Shown one piece after another: positions 1-13,235 of a stretch of 64,000 nucleotides of DNA. The position numbers were made by a program, and so were the translations under genes. The DNA is taken from positions 74,338,001 through 74,402,000 of the forward strand of contig NC_043003.1 in NCBI RefSeq assembly GCF_006345805.1. The letters are read 5' to 3'. The notes below the pieces were generated by a model. It worked only from the letters and a program-made list of their open reading frames with translations. It was not told where the DNA came from and made no database searches. Source of the stretch: Octopus sinensis (Eukaryota). Position 1 is the first letter of the stretch; every line of letters begins with the position of its first letter.

Positions 1-2318
1 CAGCAGCCAAAATTCGACATAAGCTGCTTCATAATGTGCATTAGAAGCACGATGTGACGAAATATTTTAATATAGATGTCAGGTTTCGAGTCTATGATAT
101 CAAATATCTATAAAATTCAAGAAACTAACAAAATTAATGACCGACTTAAGTAGAATGTACAAACTCAGAATAGAAATTTACTTCTGTTTACCAATGATCG
201 GCGCATTCGATGCTACTGACTGAATTATTGGACAAGCACTTTTAACTAATCGCTTCAGGTTGATGAAATCTGTGTGTGTATGTGTGTGTGTGTATGTGCG
301 TGTGTGAAAACCGTCCATTAGACGTAAACTATTTCGAGGGAACGAGCACGGTTCTTGGACTGTAGACTTATTTAAACAGTCATTCAGTTTTGTTATCGCC
401 ACTTGGTGCTTTCATATATTCAAAATGGTTGTAAATAGTTGAGTAATCTCCGTTCACAGAGTCTTTGAGTAGGATCAAGCACGCCATTATTCTTCCTCCG
501 ACAAAATCATTAGAAGATAAATGGAAATACGTTAACGGACATGAGCAAGGTTATATTTCGCATATTTCATGTAAGATGTTGAATAATCTAATATCTTTGT
601 CATGTAGATAATCACACACTTAAAATATAAATATCTACAAGATTGTCATCAAATTTATGTGATATGTCTTTCGTTGTCCCACTCTATGTATTATTTGAAA
701 TAAGCATTACAGATCAATTCATGAAAGACAAACAGATAGATATTATTTTACACACACACTTTATACATATAAATTAGAAAAAGGTGAAGTTGGTATATTG
801 TTAATACCAGTCGTGCTGAGCTATCTAGATATGTCAGCTGTAATGCGATGAGATAGCTTACGTTAAATTGTCTGGACAACATAATTCAGAATAGTAGATG
901 AATTGTTTTGTAGCGAAATACAAACTAAACTCTCTTAAATATATCCACTGCTTTACACTTCTATTAAAGTAAGTTATTTAAAAGATAAACAAGTTGATAT
1001 TTAAACAAATTAGTGATTACCATACTACAATCATTAAAATATGACCTCATATGTTATATCTATGAAGAAATAAAAAAACGCGGATATATAACATCAAAAT
1101 AGTTTATTCAATAGAAATGTCACTGGTTATTAGGGGCATTTTCAAATAAAGTTGTTATTCACCCCCGTGATTCTACATTTGTAGAGGAAATAGCGAGAAT
1201 TGATAGGTATTTTTTCTGTTATTAATGCCAAAAGATGTGCAAGTCTCCAGCAAGGTAATTCAAAGGAAAAGAAGGACGTTGTCTTAGAATGCTTCATATC
1301 TTTTTAGAGGTCCAATTAGAGGGATGATAAGTCTTGTAATAACTCCTTAGAAAGGAAGGCACCTTCAAGTAATTCTTATGTTGATTATATATTTACTGTT
1401 AAAGAATGCAATAGTTTCAATTTATTTATATTTGGAAGGCAGCTTTGGAAAGTAAGGGTCTCATCATCATTGATCTTATGTTTCCCTGTACCTGTTGTTG
1501 TAATAGATTGAAAGAACATCAGATTGTGGTATGTTTTCTCCAACAGTTGCAATGCATTTTGAACAACTGGAAATCGTTGGGAAGTGCTGTGTTAAATATC
1601 CAGTGATATTTATTTATAGTTAAAAGCCTCTGTAGCAACATCTTGGTACTTCTCAATGTAATAATTTGATTTCTAGTGTATTAGCTCTAGTAAAATGTCA
1701 GTACAATTATATATTTTTTGAAGCTAAATAGAATGTCTACAGGATTTGAGATTTTATTTGACTCGCTCTTAAAAATTAACATCGTTCTTTCGCTAGTTAC
1801 TCATTTAGTGGTTTTCTGGCGATAAAAAATAAGCGTGCTCCGTCAAATAAAATACGTAGAATTTTCATCTTTACCAGCTTCTAATAACCTTTGTTTTTAA
1901 CTACGTAAATGTTTTCTGTAGCTTCTAAACTGCTTCTTTTCCTGTTTCCCCATATGCTCAGGTGCAGTTTTGAACGCTCTCATCAGAGGCCAACAATTTA
2001 TGTAATCATTTGGTTAGAGACAAATATTTGCTTTCTTCAGAGAAATCCTTGTAGTTTACAGAAAGAGATCAGTTCAATTTCGCTAGGACTTCAATTTTGA
2101 ATGATATTTGATGTCAGATACATTATTCTGACGCTGCGTAATTTGTAATGTGCGTGTCTATTTATTTCATCAAAATCGAATATCGCCAAAATACTCTATT
2201 TTCTGTCTTTCTTTAAATATGTAATTCCTCCAGTTCTTTATTTAAGAGATGAGGAGTTATGTACATTATTTACATTATTTACGATTAACGGATAGTTCTC
2301 CTCATCTGTTTTGTTGTT

Positions 2319-2364
2319 AACACAATGTTTCGGCTGATGTAACCTCCGGCCTTCATCAGGTGTT
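2319..2364 (-). ncRNA. Minimal type-I hammerhead ribozyme motif
   Basis: Minus strand reads aacac-CTGATGA-a-ggc...gcc-GAAA-catt-gtgtt. Stem I aacac/gtgtt pairs fully. Confidence 0.75.
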
Positions 2365-2444
2365 TCGGGGAAATTTTGAACCTCGGTTCTCATTCCTAAG
2401 GTATTTTCCATGTTATTATTATTATTATATTATTATTATTATTA

Positions 2445-2485
<41 letters not shown>

Positions 2486-2518
2486 TATTATTATTATTAT
2501 TATTATCATCATTATTAA

Positions 2519-2579
<61 letters not shown>

Positions 2580-2668
2580 ATCACGCCATATGCCCACGGG
2601 CATATGGCGTAGTGGTTAAGAGCGTGGGCTACAAACTTCAATATTCCGAGTTCGATTCCAGGCAGTGA

Positions 2669-2721
<53 letters not shown>

Positions 2722-2768
2722 TGGAAAAATACCCTAGGAATGAGAACCCAGGTTCAAAATTTCCCCAA

Positions 2769-2813
2769 GTCACCTGATGAAGGCTAGAGGTTATATCAGC
2801 CGAAAGTTGTGTT
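2769..2813 (+). ncRNA. Minimal type-I hammerhead ribozyme motif (base after GAAA deleted)
   Basis: gtcac-CTGATGA-a-ggct...agcc-GAAA-gtt-gtgtt. Confidence 0.7.
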
Positions 2814-4059
2814 AACAACAAATAAATGAGGACAAATATCCGTCAACTGTAAATAATGTAGATAATCTGATTCCTACTTTGCTTCTTTGGCTTCCTGTTG
2901 TATTTGTTAATCAATGCCTTTCACTTTCTGTATGAACGCAGGTGGAGTAATACAGATCGTTGACATGTTACTGTAATTCAGGTAGTATTTTGATGGTCTA
3001 TAAGTTTCCTCATTCTTTTAATTATGCCACCATTAAATGTTCATACTATATTTTCATGACCAATGAAAATTCTTAGTTTTTGCACTTTGCAAAACTATGA
3101 AATAAATTAACAAACTGTCAAACACATAAAAAACATCAAACTGCTCTGAGTTGATAAAGTACTTAGCTAAATATGTATAACAGTAAAAATCGGGCATTCA
3201 AAATTATGTATCTCTATGCACAATCTGGAGAAGGCGACCAGATTTCTAAAGATATCCAGAAATATTCATGTGAATGTAGATTTCCTTTGTACAAATTGTC
3301 GATTGAATTGTATTTTCGTAGCTCAATGTAGATTTTGAACTCTTTGTATGAAAGGGTACATAATGACTGAAAACTCTGGTTTGATATTGCCAAAAGACTG
3401 ACAGATTTCTTGAATGTACTAGTTTTGATATGCAGCAAAACGAAGTGAGTAATTTGATCGTAGTTAGATTTAGTGTTCGCTAAGTTAAAGATTGGACTAA
3501 TGCTCACTCCTCACTTTGAAAATTAGGCAATTATATAGCAAACAAATTAGTGGTGTGAATGGTAGACATTTAAATTAAATATAGAGGCAGTGACAGATGC
3601 TGAAAAGTGAGAGGTTTTCCAGTGAGCAAAAGCTACAGAGACTAATATCGATCTATTAATGAGTACATTGATGAGGAGAAGCATCGATAGAAATGCTACG
3701 CAAACGAGGTGATAGTAGTCGCATTGGTCCTCGATTATTTCTTTAAAATGTCACACGAGGACTGTATTGTGAAAGCTAAGGTTGGAAGCTATACCAAGGG
3801 GATAGAAGAACAATGATGTAGTGAATGGGCCGCATTTCGGTCCTTGGTGAACTAGGTTTGGCACCCGTTACTCGTTCTTATGTGGTTTGTGGTTTCTCAG
3901 TTTAGATTCTCTTGAATATTCTGGCTGAGCTCTGATTAGGGAAAGTCACAAATATAAATTCGTGCAATCCTGACGGCCTGCTGCAGATTTCAATATATGA
4001 CACGGAATGCTGTGTGACGCCGATAAAAGCAACTGGAATACGGAATATATAACTGAAAT

Positions 4060-5130
4060 ATGAAATTGATAAAAGAGAAATTTCGCTTTGCTTCGTTATT
4101 GAAACGAATGAGATATTTTGTTTTTATGTTAGTTTTGGTTGTCTAATATCCGCTGAAAAATGCAGCAGAGCACCGGGATTCTTCGTTCTTTCAGCAGGAA
4201 CTTCGTAGCAACAGAGAGAAAGGGCATTACCAAATGTAATTTCATGCATAAATTTCGGCACTCATATTTTCCAATTGCAGTTTGCAATGCTTACCTATGC
4301 GTTGGAAAATTGTTTGAGGTTTCCTGTAGGCTTTTTGTTCGAGGAAGCTCAAGCATGTGATTTCTCAATGGATCTACCAAGACAACCTCCATTTTCCACC
4401 TGTTGCACGACTCTCTTCTGCATCCATTCTGTTGATTATACCGACGCTCTGATGAAAGGTTGTCTCCTAAGGAAGGTAGAAAAATGGGGGGTCCAAAGTG
4501 TTTTCTCTTCAGATTCTCACTGATTTTTCAAGTTTCAGAAAGAAAAGAACATGATGATACCTACGGTGAATATGTCGAAAGGTTGGTGCCCAGAGTAAAA
4601 TGGTTAGACTGGATCAAACTGTTTTATGTATCTGAAGCTCAAAAAAAAAAAAAATACTGGAAGAGCGCACGTGACCTCAGTAATTCTGTGGTCTTCGATT
4701 TATGGTGCTTTTGAATGGCCTTACTTTGAATACCACTTATATAGGAAAATTTTACCATCCGTATAACTGTCATGTATATTTAGAATTTTTCCCCACCAAA
4801 AAATGTTTATGTAAAACCTTAATTTGTAACCTGTATTTGTAATAAGTCCATCATCAGATACAAATGTGGCAACAAAAAAGGAAAGTACTGCTGTTAATAT
4901 TAATGGGGTTGTCATTGCTTATTCGTTGTGTACTTTTGTATTTTTGATGTTAAGTTACAAAACATTGCATAAAGAGACCAACTAACTGAACTTTTAAATT
5001 CGTAGCAATAAAAGTATGCACTGTTTTGCGAATGAACCGTTGTCATCAATACAAGACATTGAAGTTACTTATGTTCCTGAAGGAGCTCAAAATTTGACCC
5101 TATGTTTAATAAAGAAACCTGATACTGGAT
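4060..5130 (+). pseudogene. Putative decayed intronless GT61 (POMGNT2/EOGT-like) glycosyltransferase pseudogene
   Basis: Type-II-membrane-like start MKLIKEKFRFASLLKRMRYFVFMLVLVV* at 4060. WIYQDNL/FHLLHDSLLHPF at about 4369-4429 (cf. DNLMHVFHDDLLPLF), LWCF*MALL at about 4700 and PEGAQNLT at about 5076-5099 (cf. HGAQL) occur in the expected order with many stops and frameshifts. Confidence 0.4.
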
Positions 5131-6924
5131 GAGATAATGCTTCTCAAAATGAGTAATGCTTTAACAAAGAATTAGAACAGTTGAGACACTGATGTATACC
5201 TCTCAGCATACTGTATGTCGTGTGTACGTGTAGGATTGTGTTCTCAGTGTAAATTTGTGTGTAGGTGTTACATTGTGAAGCATATAAATAACTAGGAAAG
5301 GAATTTGAAGTTCAACTTAGTTGGCAAAGTTAAGGACACAAAGATTTTGTATGGTATAAAGTTACAAATTTATTAAAATACGTCTAAATATTTATCAAGA
5401 GGCAGGATGCTGCAATATGAAACACCTTTGAACGTAGTCTTGCACGATTAAGTTTCACTTAGATCTAACAACAATCATAACATTTTGATTATGGCTGCGA
5501 ATATTAATGCCATTGCTTCACCACGTCTCTTGATATACAATAATTTACGTGCAATAGGAATTATCATTCCATGAAGCTCTTTAATCTCTACTCATTTTGA
5601 ATAATCAATTCACACACATATTTATTCGTTCTTTCTTATGAGCTTATGAATAACTACCGTGTTTATGAGAATGTCATATTTAGGTGGTTTGTTTATAAGA
5701 AGTGTCAATGAATGTAGTGAGGAAGTTTTTAAGGAACAATTATTACACACGTAATTGAGACGACAGCGACAACGAAAGCATAGTTGCCGTCGCGGATGGT
5801 GCTGGTGATAACAATAGTTACAAAATCAGTCGTAATTATCACCGTAGTAGCAACATCTCATCGCCATGATCATGGTATTATTAATGATATACTTTTTTAT
5901 GTTCATGATCCTGACTGAGTTCGTAGTGATGGTGACAAGATGGAGAGGCAAAGAAAAAAGGAAATAAGTGAATGATAAATAGTAGCATGAATAGATTTAT
6001 GTGTATTATCCTGAAAAACCACTGACGATGAAGAAAAATATCGTTTACAGAAATATCAGGAAGCTACTTGAAAACAAATGTGATATATGTAATATGTTTA
6101 TATACGAAATCGATGAAGAAGCGATAAGGAATAAAAGGGAGTGTTGAGTAGGGATGCGAAGAAATACGGTGATGTTACACAAGAGCGTCATTGAAATACA
6201 TATCACGTTGTGCAACCAAGCATACATATCTCATGTGCACCACAAACTATTATGCGGCAAGGAATATATTAGTTTTACATACTGAATTACTTAGTTATGT
6301 AAAGCAAGTACCAGGTTTGAGGCAATTCTTGTTTTTCTTTTTTCATTTTATTTTTGTTCAGATTTTAGTATATGTAGACATGATGGGTGTGTAAAGGCAG
6401 CAGAGATTGGGATAAGGAAGATGTATGAAAATATTAGCGATTTGTTATGCGTTGTAAAGCGAAACGTTATGTGTGAACGGTAGGTTTGGATAGATAGGAG
6501 GATTGTGATGAGAAATAGATTTGTGGATGGAGATGACATATAGGAAAGGGCAGTTGTAAATAGCAAATAGCGATAGTATATGGCAACTGAATTATGATTA
6601 GATGATAATGTTGGATGTGTACAGTGAATGTAATGATAAAGGCAGAAGGATGCTGGTATGTAATAGAAAAGAGTAAAATCAAAATCGTAATAGAAGTGTT
6701 AGTTGAAACTGAAACTTAATCGTGATGTAAGATTATATAGTAGATAGTGCTGGAGATTGCAATGGAAATGATGAAGACTGATTAAGATAAAATTAATAAG
6801 TACTGAATATATAAGTAATGGAACTACTGATGACGGTGGAAATGGAGATAGTGATAATATAGGCCGTATGTATGTGAAAGTGACGGCGAATGAAGAATGA
6901 TCAATATCGAGTTGTTGAGGTGAG

Positions 6925-6994
<70 letters not shown>

Positions 6995-7351
6995 CGCTGA
7001 GTGTGGGTAACCGAATATCAGACATGTAACATGAACGACTATCAAAAATCAAAAATATAAGAATTCGGTAATTTACAATGGGTGATAAAAGGAGTATATT
7101 TGAATAATTAAAAAATTAAAAATAGAATGATTGCAGATAGGAGGAGACGAAGAAGAAAAAGACGAGGCAGAATATTGAAAATAATATTAACATCTCACAA
7201 AGAGAAAGAAACTCCCAGATTCAATTATATCAACAAAGAAAAATTCAAGTGTCTCTAAATCCAGGTGGTGAGTTTCAGAATATTCCTTTAGGAACACTTG
7301 GCTTGGCGACTGATCAGCCTACATATCACAATCAGTGTATATACTTTACCT

Positions 7352-7580
7352 ATTTCTTTACTACCCACAAGGGGCTAAATTCAGAGAGGACAAACAAGAA
7401 CAGACAAAGGATTAAGTCGATTATATCGACCCCAGTGCGTAACTGATACTTATTTAATCGACCCAGAAAGGATGAAAGGCAAAGTCGACCTCGGTGGAAT
7501 TTGATTTCAGAACGCAAAAATGGACGAAATACCGCAAAGCATTTCGTCCGGCGTGCTAACGGTTCTGCCAGCTTGCCGCC
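7352..7580 (-). mobile_element. SINE family B (GGCGGCGAGCTGGCAGAA...GTCGACTTTGCCTTTCATCC... type), near full length
   Basis: Reverse complement of the copy at 25203-25434; more than a dozen further partial copies occur in the window. Confidence 0.85.
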
Positions 7581-7771
7581 GTCAATCGGTATATATACTT
7601 TACCTTGACCTCAGCCTGATGCTAGAGATAGACGGAACTGGGCATCGACCTAAATCATGGAGGTTCTACCAATTTCTTTTTAAACGTACATAACATATCT
7701 GCATCTGACTAACCTACACAATTAGTCAAAATTAAAATATAGAATATATACAGTGCCCTTGTAGCTGTTGC

Positions 7772-7846
<75 letters not shown>

Positions 7847-7883
7847 AGTAGTAGTAGTAGTATAGTAGTAGTAGTAGTGGTAT

Positions 7884-7916
<33 letters not shown>

Positions 7917-7941
7917 AAGTAGTAGTAGTAATAGTGGTAGT
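7772..7941. repeat. (TAG)n microsatellite
   Basis: Directly visible. Confidence 0.95.
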
Positions 7942-8359
7942 ATGCCTATGTGACTAGATTCTACAGTATCTGCAAGTATCATACGCTTTATAGCTCAACC
8001 AAATAAAGTTAAGAGCTTATAGCTTACAGTTCACAGCTTACCTCACTTCATTATCCCTATGGAAAAACTGCCAGAATATGTTTGATTGTATGAAGAAAAT
8101 TCAAACACGTCATGTGTTATAATCTTGTTATATCTCCGTATATCTCAATCAGGATGTCCAAGTGGGTCTTACTCAAATACCATTAGAGAGTGTTAAGCAA
8201 TGGTAATACACAAGCTATCGGCAATGCAATAAAGAGTAAAATTTGAATTTCCTTTTAAAATTAATGCAATGAATTTGCGTATGTCTATGAGAACGTTAGG
8301 AATATTTAGATTGTATAAGGTGGTAGTGGTAGTAATAGTGGTAGTGGTAGTAGTAGTAT

Positions 8360-8391
<32 letters not shown>

Positions 8392-8989
8392 ACAGAAGAA
8401 AGACAGCAACAGGTGCGAGAACAAAACGACTATGTCAAAAGTAGAGGACATGGAAAAAAATAAACAGCTAATTTTACAATTTTGCTTTTCTAATTTTTCT
8501 GTACTATTCTTAACACATTTTAGTATACCTCGCTTTATAATAATTCTCATTTATTTTTATTTCATTTTCAAATTGTTACTCCACATCACTCATCAGTAAT
8601 CTGTCTTCGCGATCTTAATAAATTAGTTCACGTTGCATAATGTTTTTTTTTTCCAGTTTTGTTTTAGTTTATGTTCAGTAAGCGGATTAGCTACGCGACG
8701 TGTTTTAATCCTAAATAGTGCCGTCTCTTATCTTTGGGTAATTAAAAACTGCTAAGAAGATATCTAAAGCATGCCGTAACGATAGATATCACTGTGGTTG
8801 CTATAATACCATATCAAGTATAACAACAAAGTATGTACATAGTTATTAAGACTTCAGGACAATGTAGAGAACAAAATTGATTGGTTAATATCGGACGAGT
8901 ACATTGATCCATGTAGAAAGAGGGAGAGAGAGAAGGAGAGGGAGAGAAAAGGAGAGAGAGAGACAAATATATATATATATATATATGTG

Positions 8990-9152
8990 TGTGTGTCACC
9001 CCATCATCAATGGACAACCGCTGCTGGTGTGTTTAACCCCCATAACGTAGCGGTTCGACAAAAGTGACGATTAATGGGATCAATATATTCGACTATCAAA
9101 ATTCTTTCGTCAGTGACCAAGCATGGTCACAGTCTTATGACTTAAGCAAGTA
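8990..9152 (+). mobile_element. SINE family C, 3' part
   Basis: GCTGGTGTGTTTA...CCAAGCATGGTCACAGTC tail shared with 16688-17048 and 30046-30428. Confidence 0.7.
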
Positions 9153-9169
9153 AGATATATATATATTTT

Positions 9170-9346
9170 TTTTTTTCCTCTGTCTTCCCTTCTCGGGATC
9201 TTTCCTTCTCCTCTGTTTCCGACGAAGAGCTCCGCTCGAAATGTTAAACCCTCCTTCTTCCCTTCTTTCCTGAGCGTCCAATAATACTTTATTTGTTCCA
9301 CGTCCTCGCGTTGCTGTGTTTTTTTATGTTTTCTTGTTTGGATTAG

Positions 9347-9347
<1 letters not shown>
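9170..9347 (+). mobile_element. Short (TA)n-flanked Penelope-type tail with minimal hammerhead motif at 9215-9249
   Basis: gttt-CCGACGA-a-gagc-tcc-gctc-GAAA-tgtt-aaac. Stem I gttt/aaac, stem II gagc/gctc, core U4>C. TA runs on both sides. Confidence 0.65.
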
Positions 9348-9390
<43 letters not shown>

Positions 9391-9573
9391 TTATACGAAT
9401 GTATGTGCGCGCGCGTGTATGTATACATATACTGCTACTAGAGAAAAAGATATATTCAGAAAATTTTTCATTCGTACGACGAAATTTAGAACACCGCTCC
9501 CTGGTTTTGTAAAGGAAGACGAAGTAACTAGTTCTTTTAGTCTCGTGACTGCCTAAAGCGTTGGCAGTATGAT

Positions 9574-9630
9574 TTTTGCTAGTGCTTGTCTTAGTGTCAA
9601 ATTGAACTGCTCCAACATTCCATTCGATTG
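9574..9630 (-). mobile_element. Gypsy/Ty3-type integrase fragment
   Basis: Minus strand encodes QSNGMLEQFNLTLRQALAK (cf. HPQSNGxxERFNRTLKxxL). Confidence 0.55.
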
Positions 9631-9880
9631 TTTACAAATGTCGCTGATGACGTACGTTCTGCCCTTTCTGCTCTTACTCGGTCGGATTATCATTTTCGTC
9701 TTGTAACAGCTTCAAGACTATAGCCAGAAGCACCTCTTCCGTTGCTGCTTGCTTCTACGTGCGCAATCCTTCCTGCTACATAGCAAATAATTGACTAATT
9801 GGAACAATAAATATGTCCCACTTCTGACGCTTGTTCTTACACGATACCTCCTGAAACCACCAATAGTGTGTGTCCGATAG

Positions 9881-9964
9881 ATTATTTACATTATTTAAAT
9901 TTGACGGATATTTGTCCTCTTCTTCTTTGTTGTTAACACAACATTTCGGCTGATATACCCTCCA
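9881..9964 (-). mobile_element. Third, 5'-truncated copy of the hammerhead-SINE tail, broken inside stem II at a (TA) run
   Basis: ATTATTTACATT...GACGGATATTTGTCCTC...TTGTTGTTAACACAACATTTCGGCTGATATACCCTCC matches 2260-2347. Confidence 0.8.
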
Positions 9965-10734
9965 ACAAATATATATATATATACATTTATATATTTACAT
10001 AAGATATATACATTTTCTTTTACTATTTAATGGTTTCAGCCAAGGGCTGGGCCCAGTCTGGAGTACCACCTTTCAGACACTGGGATGATTATTTGCTTTA
10101 GTTATGGCATGATTTAGGTTTTGCGGAGACTTTTCAGTATCAAGGAATATATTTCACTACCAGATTTTTCTATCACATATTTGGCTCCATTACAATTGAC
10201 CGTAGTACTCCTTGCGATATTGAATGTTTACTTGGGGGGGGGGGAAGATTAAAGAGCTAAATATTAATGTGTGTGTGTTCTTGTAGTAGAGATCGGTTAC
10301 TTCTGTCAAACTTTCTTTTATTATCGTAATGTTCAGAAATTGGACAACCCTTCATTTTTATACTGAACCCACTCGATTTAAGAAATTTAAGGTTACTTCC
10401 AATCCTCATTGCTTCCGTTCCAACTCATCCAGGAATCTTATCATGTCGAGCGAAATAATGCCAAACAGATTATCATTTTTTTCTTTCATGGATAACATTA
10501 ATACTGCCTTAAAGTCAGTTGATAGTTTTAAAAATTATTGTTACCTTTTATGAAGAATTAACACTTGAAATAAATATTTCGTTATATATTGTTTTTCTAG
10601 CAAATCCCTTCACATGGATTTTGTTGGTCCGAGGCTATAGCTGATGACATTCGTGCAAGTTGCCTGGCAATACGAGAGAAACGGAATCATTGTAATTGGA
10701 ATGCGCGATTCTTACCTCCTGACCATGCTTATGA

Positions 10735-11560
10735 ACTATAAGGTGTTCAACAGTGTGAAACGTAAAGTATTCTTTTCATAACTAGAGAACCATTTCCCCT
10801 GAAATTATTCAATGTAATGGTACACATATTCTCCAACTTCTGTCAATTGTGTCAAGCAAAAAAGATGCAGATATTGCAATTAGAGCTGTTAGGCTTATAA
10901 CTATTGATGGGCTGGCACCAATTGTTAGAGTCAGCCGTAGTAGTGCTCAGTATATTATTGGATCGATTGGATAGTCAAATGTCTAGAGACAGATAAATGA
11001 ACTAATACTAAAATCATTACCTTGAATCAAAAAGACAATCAATGTAATTGCTTCATCCCATTTCTCCAAAGTCAGAAGACTTCAAGGTAGAATAATCGAC
11101 TGTAAACATCACCTTGGCACACTTTTGGGCTGCTACAAGTGTTATTCTTGGCACTTTCATAAAGGCATTTGAAGTAGTCATATCTGAAGCATGTATTCAG
11201 AAACGTCACTGTCTTAGAGCAAGAATACGCTGAGTAAGAATAAATTTGGAGATGAATGAATGAATTTCTTCAACAAGACAACATCAGGCTTCAGAACAAA
11301 GAAGACAATACCTTCTTTTGCGAAGACAACTTAGTCACATCCTACTGAGCTGAGCAAGCTTGCTGAGTCTTCCATCTATTTGGCCGAATGAAAGAGAAAC
11401 TGAGACTCAAACGCTACCTTAGCAATGAAAAGTATAAACTGCTGTTATTGGCTTCGTCACAAAGAAGCTGAATTTTACGAAGCAGGCATCTACGCCCTCA
11501 ACCGTAGATGGAACACTGCCACTGAAATATGCAGTGATTATTTAATAATTATGGATCTGA
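10735..11560 (+). mobile_element. Decayed mariner (Tc1/mariner) transposase
   Basis: ESKRQSM*..HP.SPK (about 11024), FLQQDN (about 11265), FHLFGRMKEKLR (about 11371), WLRHKEAEFYEAGIYALNRRWNT...DYF (about 11450-11545). Confidence 0.8.
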
Positions 11561-11755
11561 ACCAGTGGCGAATAGATATATTTTGACGTAAGATATATAT
11601 AACCAGGCTACTTATTTATTTACACAAAGCATTAGCTTACGACTCTCATTTGTATTACATATATATGCATATGTGAATGTGTGTGTGATTGTGTGTGGGT
11701 TTATATGGGTTTATGTGTGTGTGCGTGAAGGTGTGTGTACACACACACACACACA

Positions 11756-11809
<54 letters not shown>

Positions 11810-13156
11810 GTTCCCACATCATACCAGTTACTCTTTCAAATGTTTTAAATTATTATTTAAGTTATGCTTGTATCCTTACTCGAATACACGAGATATCATT
11901 TATTGCCAATTTAGTTATATTATCGTTTTACTATTCAGAGAGCGTGTGTCATTTATGCATATATATGCATATTCACGTCCTGGTTAATTTCCTTCCGTCA
12001 GAACGATAGAAATGAACGAGAGAGACATTTTATGACTATATAATTTAGACATTTAAGAATGCTAAAGCAAAGCGTGGCAAACAACCAACTATAAGAAAAG
12101 AAGTGTTTTAGTGAAATTTAGACTAAATGTCAAACTCGATTTTTGCTGTATATTTGAATGATAATTCTGCTTTGAATATATAAATAGTCTACAGTTACAT
12201 TCGTTTCTTTGTGATATATATATTTTTTAAGTATCTGAACAAAATCTCTATAAGGTAAAGTAGTATTTTTGTTTTTGGCTTCATGAAGTGCTCCAGCTTT
12301 TAACAGTGTTCTTGTTTAGAGTGTTTAGTGTCAAAATATATTAAATAGCATTTGTCACATAAAGTTTTCTATATCGAGTTCGACAAAGAATCATATTCCA
12401 ACTTTCAATGTAAAGAATCACTAAAAGTTTCTCTCACAATTTTCATAATATGTGCAATTCTATATTGCCTCGAAATAGTTTTGCAATAATACTGCACATT
12501 TTTAGAAGTTGCCATTTATATAATACTAAGTTTTATGACTTTTGAAAATCCATTTTTATCATCAAGCAATAAATGTCTTGCTATAAGTTTCCCAGAATCA
12601 TATATAGTATTTATAACAATGGTCTTCAACAACTTATATTTTGCTCGTCATGCATATATTTATATTTTTTTTAATCTGACTTCCTGGAAATAAAAAAAAA
12701 TGTGTAATTTGAATGTTTTAACGTTACATTGTTAATGCCGTCATATCATTAAATCTGTCACTTATTCATATATTTAACTGTTACCATTTTCAGCTTTTTC
12801 GGTTTGAGCATTTTTTCCGCTCTTCTTTCGGAGTTTTATATTTATGGTTAGATATATGCAAACATTTATTGGAGAATATGTAAATGAATTTTCCAGAAGT
12901 AACATCAAGAACACCGTTCGTACTATTAGCAATCTTTTTATAAGAAATATTCACGAAGCCCGTATTTTGAAGAACGTTATTATGGATTTTGTTAAAAATA
13001 CTGGTCACAACACTAGAAATTACTTCGTGACGGAAATATCAATATATTTTTCTCCAAATTTCAACGTCACATCCAATGACTGCCATCCTCATTGTGTGCG
13101 TAACTGAGAGAATATAGTTGCAAAATGCCATGCAAATCACGTTCTTATTTCTATAG

Positions 13157-13158
13157 CG

Positions 13159-13233
<75 letters not shown>
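13157..13233. repeat. (TTA)n(TTG)n microsatellite
   Basis: Directly visible. Confidence 0.95.

Positions 13234-13235
<2 letters not shown>

Larger units (their letters stand above)
2231..2866. mobile_element. Head-to-head palindromic pair of a tRNA-headed SINE with internal (TAA)n and a hammerhead-bearing, Penelope-type tail
   Basis: Right arm 2598-2866 (+): A box TGGCGTAGTGG 2605-2615, B box GAGTTCGATTCC 2648-2659, (TAA)n 2673-2719, then tail. Left arm 2231-2595 is its reverse complement with the tRNA body deleted. Apex is ACGCCATATGCCC-ac-GGGCATATGGCGT at 2583-2610. Confidence 0.85.
1200..3420 (-). mobile_element. Heavily decayed P-element/THAP9-like DNA transposase relic, interrupted by the 2231-2866 insertion
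   Basis: Minus-strand fragments occur in canonical order across frameshifts: LCTLSYKEFKIYIELRKY (about 3310-3365, cf. LxLxxxSPxxYxxLRK), HAHYKLRSVR/NN (about 2120-2160, cf. DxxHxxKxxRNN), SNPVDILFSFKK (about 1715-1750, cf. NPxxxxFxxxFKK) and ITGYLTQHFPTISSCSKC (about 1553-1610, cf. YIAGY...CxxC). Matched by eye only. Confidence 0.4.

Noticed and set aside
2598-2672. Possible tRNA gene
   Set aside because: It has A and B boxes but no proper acceptor stem or T-run terminator and continues into a repeat body, so it is a SINE head.
5930-7130. Purine/G-skewed stretch resembling the body of the 59.1-60.3 kb element
   Set aside because: Compositional similarity only; no alignable sequence, hammerhead or ORF.
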